Part shown: positions 37,714 through 44,381 of the stretch, one piece after another
How the letters are laid out: each line of letters starts with the position of its first letter
Position numbering within the stretch: the stretch's first letter is position 1
Assembly (NCBI GenBank): GCA_964512625.1
Contig: CAZEKG010000005.1
Coordinates: forward strand, 1-45,321
Direction of reading: 5' to 3'
Source of the DNA: an uncultured Gammaproteobacteria bacterium
GTDB taxonomy: Bacteria; Patescibacteriota; Patescibacteriia; 2-01-FULL-39-33
Length of the DNA: 45,321 nt
Program-made: the position numbers and the translations under genes
The notes under the pieces: model-generated
Database searches by the model: none
What the model saw: only the letters and a program-made list of their open reading frames with translations
What the model was told of the DNA's origin: nothing

Positions 37714-39336
37714 TTACAAGTTCTCGAACACCGCTGCGGCGCTTTCATCAGTGAACGACGATACACGCTCGACGCGATTGGCGAATTCTCGGACACTTTC
37801 GTCGGAGCTGGAGCCAACGTCGCAGAGGACTGCAAACACGTTGACTTTTAACTTCTCCTTGGTCGCCCGGAACTCACGAAGGAACTCCCTCGAAACCGCG
37901 CACTCGCCGTCAGTGATGAAGGCGATGTCGGCTTTGGTGAGCCCTTCGACGCGGATCGTTTGCATCGCTTCGGACAGCGGACGTTCGAAGTCCGTACCGC
38001 CCGCATCGAGAAACGTCTCCGCGATTTCCAGTATCGCTTCGGCCGACAGCCGACCGCCCTTGTACACCCGGGTTACGTTCAGTGAGGAACGCGATCCGAA
38101 ATGCACCCAAACAAACGACCGCTTCTGGAGTTTGGCATAGTGAGCCATGGCGAGAACCATTGCCTTTGCCCACCAACGCTTCTCTCCGTCCATCGAACCG
38201 GAGCCGTCTTCGCAGACGACGACCGGACCGTGGCCAAGCTTCTTCTTCGCCTGCTCGCCGCGCAGCCGGAGTTCACCGCGAGCCCAGCGCGTGAGCGCCT
38301 TCATGCGGAGTGCCGGATGCGAGATCGAAACAAGCTCGGAGTTAACGGCGCGTTTAATGTCCCGACCCATTTCCGGCATCGTGACACGCACACCCTCTGC
38401 CTTCTCCTTCGACCGGGCCTTGCGAGCCGCGATCTGCCGGAGTCGACCAAGGAGCGCCGCGAACTTGCGCAGAGCTTCGCTTTTCTTCATCCGCTCAAGA
38501 ACCCCGAGAGCTTCGGGAATCCCTTTGCGAACAAGCTCGCCTTCATCGAGGCCCCAAGATTCGAGCGTGTCGGATATCTCCTCCACTTTCTCCTTGGCCT
38601 CTTTCGCGGCGGCGATGCCGACACGAGCGAGTTCACGAAGCTTGTCCACCGCCTTATCGCTTCCGGGTTGCCCCAAAAGCTCCTCGACAACAGACTCGAC
38701 TGCTTGCTTGGCCGCATCCGCTTTGGCTCTCGCCGCAGCAGCGCGACCCGCGTATTGGTCAGCGAGTTCTTGCGCTTCTTCGAGCGACATGCCAGAGCCG
38801 TTGCCGGACTGGTTGCCGCTCTGCCCGCCTTGGGTGGCTTGCGCCGCTTCCGCGAGCATGTTCGCCGCCGAGCTTTCGACCTCTGCCTGTTGGGCTTCGG
38901 CTTCCGCTTCGTCGGCGTCGTCCTGCTTCTGCGCAGCTTCCTGAAGTTTCTCTTGGTCCTTCTCGGACACGTTTTCGAGGACCGATTGACCCATCGTCAA
39001 CGTACCAAGCACGGACTTCAGATCGGAATACTGCGTCTGGGCATGAAGTTGCTCGTAGGTCGATGTCGCCATTGTACCCTTGAGAATCTCACCCCAGTAC
39101 CGGCGATCGGCCGGCAGTTCCTCACGCACCACAGGCGTTTCCGCCCACAGCGCGTGATAAAGATCGCACAGCGATCCTGCGAATCCGGGGAGTCGGCTTT
39201 CGCCTTGCTCCTCGACTTCGCTGATCGCTGGCGCATTCTCGCGATGTCGCAGGAAGCGGAGCGCCGTGAAGGCGTCCGCATCCGTGACGAGGAGCTTTTG
39301 GAGCTCCTGCCGCGCGAGTGTTGGTGCCTTCTGCAT
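37714..39336 (-). CDS. ViaA-like von Willebrand factor A (vWA) protein with acidic/coiled-coil middle region
   Basis: The C-terminal vWA has a MIDAS motif (VVVCEDGSGSMDG, then GGTDF, FITDGE), collinear with my recollection of E. coli ViaA (IVCVDTSGSMGG...GGTD...ISDF). AGGAGG 6 nt upstream of the ATG. Immediately follows the RavA-like gene. Confidence 0.8.
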   Translation of the reverse strand: MQKAPTLARQELQKLLVTDADAFTALRFLRHRENAPAISEVEEQGESRLPGFAGSLCDLYHALWAETPVVREELPADRRYWGEILKGTMATSTYEQLHAQTQYSDLKSVLGTLTMGQSVLENVSEKDQEKLQEAAQKQDDADEAEAEAQQAEVESSAANMLAEAAQATQGGQSGNQSGNGSGMSLEEAQELADQYAGRAAAARAKADAAKQAVESVVEELLGQPGSDKAVDKLRELARVGIAAAKEAKEKVEEISDTLESWGLDEGELVRKGIPEALGVLERMKKSEALRKFAALLGRLRQIAARKARSKEKAEGVRVTMPEMGRDIKRAVNSELVSISHPALRMKALTRWARGELRLRGEQAKKKLGHGPVVVCEDGSGSMDGEKRWWAKAMVLAMAHYAKLQKRSFVWVHFGSRSSLNVTRVYKGGRLSAEAILEIAETFLDAGGTDFERPLSEAMQTIRVEGLTKADIAFITDGECAVSREFLREFRATKEKLKVNVFAVLCDVGSSSDESVREFANRVERVSSFTDESAAAVFENL

Positions 39337-39346
39337 TCTCCACCTC

Positions 39347-40561
39347 CTATGGTTTGACCCGGAATTTCGTCCCGAGCATTGCGTTCACCGTTTCCTGCTT
39401 CTCCCCGTCGAGCTGCTTGCGAAGAACGAGGATTGCAGACTTCTCGTCGCCAGTGACTTCGCCCGAGAGACGGTCGAGCTCGCGCTCGGCGTCTTCGAAC
39501 TGTGCCAGTGCGGCAACGAGTTTGTTGCGATCGCCGCCCTTAGCTTCCGCGACGGTCCCAGCCGGAGCCAGTAAAGTGTCGACCACCTCCTGCGCATCCG
39601 AAAGGGGCGTCCGCGTGAGCGGGGCGACCTTCGCCTTGACGATCGGGATCTGCTCGGGAGTGTCCCAGAGCAGAAATTCGAGTACCCTCAGATCGGTCTT
39701 GCTGACCTTCGAGCGCCCGTCGAGGAGTGCCGATGCCTGAAGGACATCAAACACGCGCCCGAACCGGCGGTCATCTTTCCAGAGCCAGTCGAAACCGGCC
39801 TGGTCTTCGTCGAGAAGCTGCTGGTACAGGTCGAGGACGATCTCGACGATATCGTCCGAAACTTCAACCATCAGCCGCCCCTCGCGCAGCCATTCGATGT
39901 CTTCAAGAGAGATCTTCACTGGAGCAGAAGCCGTGCCGCGAGCCCGGTTGATACGGGCGGTGACGAGCGACTTCTTGCCGGCGCGATCGAGAGAGTTCGC
40001 TACGGCGCGAATGGTCATGCGAGACCACATCGCGCCGAGGTTGCCCTCGGGATCGGGAAGCTCATTGCTGGCCGCGACGAACGCGAGGAGTGGAGTTTTC
40101 ATCATCCGTCCCTCGTGTCGCACGCCGTCACCTTTCGACAGGTCGAGCAGGGTTTGCAGAACTCGAGGCTCCGCTTTCCAGATCTCGTCCGCGAAAAGTA
40201 CGTGTGCGCTTGCAGCGCGTCCCAGTGTGTCGCGCGTGCGAATCGACTTCACACCATTGGCATCGGTCGACTCCTCGATGCGAGTTTCCTCGACGAGGAG
40301 CTGCTCGACCGAAACGATCGTCGGCATGAGAGCGTCGTAGAACACGGCGCCGTTGATATTCCGCGCGACGTCCTGCACTGTGCCGGTCTTGTTGATCCCC
40401 GGCGAACCGAGGAAAAAGGCCGGCCGGCCGGACACTAGCGACAGCATGGTCGCGCGGATCAGGGCCTCGCGGCCGATGTTCCGCACGGCGACGTCTGCCA
40501 CCACATTCGCAACCTTCGGCGCAAGCGCCAGTGCTGCGTCAAGCATATCTTGGCTCATCAT
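39347..40561 (-). CDS. RavA-like MoxR-family AAA+ ATPase (404 aa)
   Basis: Walker A GSPGINKT and Walker B [9 protein letters not shown]. The segments [32 protein letters not shown] and [23 protein letters not shown] closely parallel E. coli RavA as I recall it ([53 protein letters not shown]). Start set at ATG 40561, where AAGGAAAGGA lies upstream and ATGA overlaps the stop of the preceding ORF. Confidence 0.85.
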   Translation of the reverse strand: [404 protein letters not shown]

Positions 40562-40863
40562 TCTGTCCTTTCCTTGCCCGTGGTTATACCGTGGGCGTGG
40601 GTACCCAAGAGCGTCCTCACGGCTTCGTTGAAGATATCCTCGCCATGATCCCGTCGAATCACGGCGAGCCAGCGCGTCGCTTTCGCAACGCCGATTGCCT
40701 GCATACCTCCGACACCGTGCTTTCGCGCGGCAATGGAGGCCAGATCGAAGGCCGAGCTTGGTGACTTGTCCCGCGCGATGCAGACGCACTCCTTGTGGAG
40801 TTCGTCTTGCACCTGCGAGAGCACACCGGCCCGGAGCTGGAGTTCAGCAAGCGGTCGATTCAT
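40558..40863 (-). CDS. hypothetical protein (101 aa), translationally coupled to the RavA-like gene
   Basis: AGGAGG lies 6 nt upstream of ATG 40863. Its TGA stop overlaps the ATG of the AAA+ gene (ATGA). The start overlaps the 3' end of the HD gene by ~20 nt. No family recognised. Confidence 0.55.
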   Translation of the reverse strand: MNRPLAELQLRAGVLSQVQDELHKECVCIARDKSPSSAFDLASIAARKHGVGGMQAIGVAKATRWLAVIRRDHGEDIFNEAVRTLLGTHAHGITTGKERTE

Positions 40864-41416
40864 ATTCAACCTCCTGCAAGAGCTCCTCGATCAGGGGCGC
40901 ACCGTCCGGGTCGATCTCGTGCCACAGCGGGAGAGCTGTCCGAATCTCCGCGAGCTTGCGCTTGCGGAACTCGGGTGGCGCGTGCCGCAGAGTGTTGAGA
41001 TTGTCCAGCCGGTCGGATCGCTTCACGATGACCGCCAAGCGGCCACCGGCGGCCACACGGCGAAGGTAAACCTCATCGGGTTCCTCTTCCTCCTCGTGAC
41101 TCACCGCGCGAACGATCCGCGCCACTCGCTCGCCGAACTGCTCGGCAAGCTCATTTTCCGTCGTGTCCGTGTCCTCGATGGTGTCGTGGAGCACGGCAGC
41201 GGCGAGAAGGTCAGTGGCTTCGTCCTCGCTCAACCGCAACTCGGCAGGAATGTCGTCCTGTTCATAGCGATCGACGAAACGTGCCGCAATTTCTCCCACC
41301 CTCATCAGGTGGTCATACTGCGACTCGCCGCCCGGGCGTTTCTGCCCGTCGTGGACGAGGCCGACAAGGGCAACTGCCTTTGCGACCTTCGGTATGGCTT
41401 TGAGTTCTTTGGGCAT
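40844..41416 (-). CDS. RelA/SpoT-homologue HD-domain hydrolase (small alarmone hydrolase-like, 190 aa)
   Basis: YDHLMRVGEIA plus AAAVLHDTIEDTDTTENELAEQFGERVARIVRAVS match the (p)ppGpp-hydrolase HD pattern (H...LLHDxxEDT...FG..VA.LV.GVT). No synthetase domain is present. AGGAGG 6 nt upstream of the ATG. Confidence 0.8.
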   Translation of the reverse strand: MPKELKAIPKVAKAVALVGLVHDGQKRPGGESQYDHLMRVGEIAARFVDRYEQDDIPAELRLSEDEATDLLAAAVLHDTIEDTDTTENELAEQFGERVARIVRAVSHEEEEEPDEVYLRRVAAGGRLAVIVKRSDRLDNLNTLRHAPPEFRKRKLAEIRTALPLWHEIDPDGAPLIEELLQEVEYESTAC

Positions 41417-41447
41417 TGTTGCCCTCCTTTCGTTAAAACCCTATCAA

Positions 41448-41465
41448 CTTACCAATATTGGCAAG
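41448..41465. promoter_or_regulatory. operator-like 18-bp palindrome upstream of the HD gene
   Basis: CTTACCAATATTGGCAAG (one mismatched pair) lies 32-49 nt upstream of ATG 41416, in a locally AT-rich gap. Confidence 0.35.
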
Positions 41466-41475
41466 CTGAATAAGG

Positions 41476-41509
41476 TCGGCGAGCTGTTAATACCACTCAC
41501 GCTCGCCGA
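41476..41509 (-). terminator. 9-bp-stem hairpin between the 564-aa gene and the HD gene
   Basis: TCGGCGAGC-N16-GCTCGCCGA lies 24 nt after the stop at 41533. The U-tract is weak, so it may be a partial terminator or a processing site. Confidence 0.35.
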
Positions 41510-41532
41510 ACTAAACCTAACCAAAGAACTTC

Positions 41533-43227
41533 TTACCATGGACACCTTTTCGTTTCGGTGTCCGGGATCGTCTTTTCCCGCCCCCATATGAGAGCGTGGG
41601 TGTTCCAGAACTCACGCGACGTGTCGTCGGCGAACTTAATATCCCACGGCTCGGAAGGAGCGCGGCCGCCCACGAACGCGGTCATAAGGATGTAAGCACC
41701 CCCATACGTGCGTTTGAAGCACGCAGTGACTTTGTTCGTCGGCTCAGGATCGCGGTCTTTGACGAAACGCGTGAGTCCGAGCCGATTCGGCCGTTGGGCG
41801 AAAACGATATTGTCGCCCGGGTTGGTATGGACGCAGATCGTCTCTCCGACGATGCGTCCGAATTCAACCTCGTCACAGAAAGTCTCGCGTCCCTCCGAGG
41901 AGATCTGCGAAAGCGTTTCGGTGAGGAGCGGCATGACGCTCTCGTGCGAGGCGACGTGGCTGTCCTTGCGGTCAACCACGAGTTCGCCCGACTTGAGCCG
42001 CCCGACTTGCGGTGTATCCCAGCGGAGCAGGTCGAACGAGACCGGAACGATCTCACCGACCTTCTCCTCGGCACCGGCGACGACAACCGCAGGCCCCGCG
42101 AAGGGATGTACCTCGTCCCACTTGCGATCCCCGAGGGAGGGCTGCGCCCTACCGGATTCGACCGGCCAGAGCATTGCCACCCACGGAGCACCGGCGCGAA
42201 CGTAGCTGCGCACGATGGTGGCATCCAACCACATCGGGGGACCGTCGTGGGCGAGCACGACGGGCTTCTCAATATCGACCACTGGCGGGGTGACGCCTTT
42301 CAGCATCTCCGCCGTGATAAAACACATTGGCTTGAATTTCACCAATGTGTATTCGGGGAGTTCGAGAACCTCCCACGCGACATTCCCATTCCCGGCACCC
42401 TGCGGCGTCACCTCGGGGATACGGATGTACCCCTTGCTGACGTCGTAGAGTTCGACCGCACCGGAGAGCCGCGCAGCGTAGGCCGAAGCCAAGATCGCCG
42501 CGCGAACATTCCAGATACGGACGACTTCCAGCTTTGCAACCGCAGCGGTAAGCCGCAGCGCGGGCTGGAGGTGATGGGGACGCACGCCCAAGAACGGATC
42601 GTTCTTGTCGACAACATCAAGGCGTCCCACGAGGGTCGCACCGTTGACATTGCACAACATCTCACCTTCGGTCATATCCGCATTACTGCGGATGATTTCC
42701 CTAAGGCGATCGACGACCGCGTTGAGCGTGAGCGACTGGATGGTCTGCCCGCGCTCGAGCCCGCTGATCCGGCCTCGGACGATATTATCGCCCTGGTCGG
42801 GATAGAGCTCGCAGGTGCCATGAAGCACCGAATCGAGCTCGGCGAGTACTCGGACGTCGTTTTGCGTGGCAAACTCATGCCACGCGCTGATCTTTTCGTG
42901 ATCGGACGACAGGATGATGCACCCGTCGCACGCCGCGAAAATCCGGGCATTCTCCGGCGACATAACGCCGCCGGTGTCGACGAGAACGAGCGGTTGCTCG
43001 TTAAAACGGATCGCGTCGACCATCGAGGACACGAAGTCCTCGGAGAACTTGCCCTTTTGGCGAACGACCTGAACCAGGTCTTGATCGCCAAAATTCGACC
43101 AGTGCCACTCCCCATCAGGAGCGGCAAAAGCGAGATAAAACGAATCTGGCGGCAAAAGCCGCATCAGATTCGCCAAAAATACGGACTTCCCCGAATGGGG
43201 TTGTCCACACACTATGATTCGGCGCAT
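41533..43227 (-). CDS. multidomain protein: N-terminal P-loop NTPase, putative Csx3-like domain(s) and an unknown C-terminal domain (564 aa)
   Basis: Walker A GQPHSGKS and Walker-B-like LVLVDTGG. Residues ~285-395 (YTLVKFKP..ITAEMLKGVTPPVVDIEKPVVLAHDGPPMWL....Y.....WVAMLWP) parallel the Csx3 signature as I remember it from AF1864 (FTLIHFEI..IKPEILKEIEIPSVDTRKGVVISGRGPIWL...Y....FVAVYDP). A weaker copy lies at ~190-275. GGGAGGG 4 nt upstream of the ATG. Confidence 0.7.
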   Translation of the reverse strand: MRRIIVCGQPHSGKSVFLANLMRLLPPDSFYLAFAAPDGEWHWSNFGDQDLVQVVRQKGKFSEDFVSSMVDAIRFNEQPLVLVDTGGVMSPENARIFAACDGCIILSSDHEKISAWHEFATQNDVRVLAELDSVLHGTCELYPDQGDNIVRGRISGLERGQTIQSLTLNAVVDRLREIIRSNADMTEGEMLCNVNGATLVGRLDVVDKNDPFLGVRPHHLQPALRLTAAVAKLEVVRIWNVRAAILASAYAARLSGAVELYDVSKGYIRIPEVTPQGAGNGNVAWEVLELPEYTLVKFKPMCFITAEMLKGVTPPVVDIEKPVVLAHDGPPMWLDATIVRSYVRAGAPWVAMLWPVESGRAQPSLGDRKWDEVHPFAGPAVVVAGAEEKVGEIVPVSFDLLRWDTPQVGRLKSGELVVDRKDSHVASHESVMPLLTETLSQISSEGRETFCDEVEFGRIVGETICVHTNPGDNIVFAQRPNRLGLTRFVKDRDPEPTNKVTACFKRTYGGAYILMTAFVGGRAPSEPWDIKFADDTSREFWNTHALIWGREKTIPDTETKRCPW

Positions 43228-43242
43228 GGCGCCCTCCCTTCT

Positions 43243-43677
43243 TTAGGAACCCCATTTCTGACAACCACCCGAATCGGCGGGCTCGAAGTACACGAACTCG
43301 TCGACCTCCGATAAAGTCAACTGCACGCGGCTCTGACTGAGCCGGTCTTTCGTCGCCTCCGCGACACGGATCACCGCATCACGGAAGTCACCGAGCTTTT
43401 CGGGCCCTATGAACTTCGGGTTAGAGTTGCCGGATACTACGGCGATGACCTCGCCGTCCTTCGGGCACCCGAACGAAGTCGGGTACACGACACGGCCCGG
43501 CGTCACCGCCGCGCCAACAAGAATGCCAGAGGCCTTGAATTCCTCCTCCAGCGCCTCACGCCAGGCGTGGGCGACGAGCCCGTCGGCGGTCGTGCCCTCA
43601 GGGAGCCCGTTGTCATGCCCATACCCGGGCACAACGCCAAAAACTGCGGAAAACGCGATCGCGACATTCTTGTTCAT
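43243..43677 (-). CDS. hypothetical protein (144 aa)
   Basis: AAAGGAGAG lies upstream of ATG 43677 (MNKNVAIAF...). The stop is 15 nt before the next gene's ATG. No family recognised. Confidence 0.6.
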   Translation of the reverse strand: MNKNVAIAFSAVFGVVPGYGHDNGLPEGTTADGLVAHAWREALEEEFKASGILVGAAVTPGRVVYPTSFGCPKDGEVIAVVSGNSNPKFIGPEKLGDFRDAVIRVAEATKDRLSQSRVQLTLSEVDEFVYFEPADSGGCQKWGS

Positions 43678-43861
43678 ACTCTCTCCTTTGCCGCATCGAG
43701 CGGCCATTGTTAAAAACCATACCAACGCGCAATTCAATTATTGTACGCTGGATGTGGCGGGCGAGGATTAGAACCAACTAACCTCGCCCCCAAAACCTTT
43801 ACTAGTGTGCCGTGCCACACTAACAACCCAGAACTTCCTCTCTACACGGGAGAGGTGCCGA

Positions 43862-44257
43862 TCAGCCCGCCTTGATGATGCGGGTTACGGCGTACACTTG
43901 CCCGTTCCCGTCGCGAACGGTCCCATCCTTGGGACCGGTGCCAGGAACGAACACGTCGTCCCGGCCGGCGACCTCGGGGCGGCCGGCGATCAGCGCCGAC
44001 ACCAGGTAGACGGTGTCGGGCTGCGGCTCGGGGAGCCCCTCGACCGCGCCGTAGCTGGTGCGATCGTAGACCGCCACTCCGTTGATTGGGGCGAGCGCGC
44101 CGCCGGGCGTCGTCGAGACGCGGGCGGGATTGGGTTTGCCGTCGCTGCCCTTGCGGGCCTCGATGACGAGGTCGGTGGAATCCGGCTCAGCCGCCGTGTT
44201 GGCGGTGTTGATCCGGATCCGCATCGGGTGCGGATTCAGGTTGATAAACGTCGTCAT
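43862..44257 (-). CDS. hypothetical protein (131 aa), first gene of the island
   Basis: AGGAGA lies 7 nt upstream of ATG 44257. MTTFINLNPHPMRI...YLVSALIA...DVFVPG...VRDGNGQVYAV looks like a small conserved beta-rich family that I cannot name. Confidence 0.6.
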   Translation of the reverse strand: MTTFINLNPHPMRIRINTANTAAEPDSTDLVIEARKGSDGKPNPARVSTTPGGALAPINGVAVYDRTSYGAVEGLPEPQPDTVYLVSALIAGRPEVAGRDDVFVPGTGPKDGTVRDGNGQVYAVTRIIKAG

Positions 44258-44381
44258 GGCTTGCTCTCCTTTTTGTGCTTGCCATCATGCTGCGTTCCGC
44301 GCAGCGCGGTTTTAGAAGATCACAAATATTTTGCAACCCCTCCCAAACTTATGAAAATCATAAATTTAGGAGGAATAACAA

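Larger units (their letters stand above)
37066..44381. mobile_element. horizontally acquired high-GC genomic island (no integrase or transposase seen)
   Basis: Sampled lines give 55-67% GC versus mostly 30-45% outside. Eight co-directional genes all have AGGAGG-type SD motifs, which neighbouring host genes lack. Bracketed by 46-bp direct repeats. Confidence 0.6.

Noticed and set aside
38101-39357. Long plus-strand ORFs (418 aa at 38101-39357, 265 aa at 38147-38944 and others) antisense to the vWA gene
   Set aside because: High-GC DNA produces long stop-free antisense frames. The translations are Arg/Pro/Ser/Ala-rich low-complexity sequence with no SD motif. The minus-strand frame, by contrast, has a clear vWA/MIDAS domain and an AGGAGG SD.
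40562-40789. 76-codon N-terminal extension of the RavA-like ORF (track 39347-40789), and the similar 44-codon extension of the last island gene (37704-37835)
   Set aside because: The extensions are Arg-rich with no upstream SD, and they overlap better-supported genes in other frames. The internal ATGs at 40561 and 37703 have strong SD motifs and classic coupling (ATGA overlap; 11-nt gap).
41596-43314. 572-aa plus-strand ORF antisense to the 564-aa P-loop/Csx3-like gene, plus nested ORFs at 41682-42272, 42672-43127 and elsewhere
   Set aside because: Same GC-driven shadow-ORF effect. There is no RBS and the composition is Arg/Gly/Asp-rich with no motifs. The minus-strand frame has a Walker A motif, a strong SD and tight coupling to its neighbours.
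37066-44381. The island as a prophage, or as a toxSAS toxin-antitoxin or type III CRISPR accessory locus
   Set aside because: No capsid, portal, terminase, tail, lysis, integrase or repressor genes are recognisable. There is no RSH synthetase domain next to the HD hydrolase, and no cas genes or repeat arrays anywhere in the window. Only a cargo-type module can be claimed.
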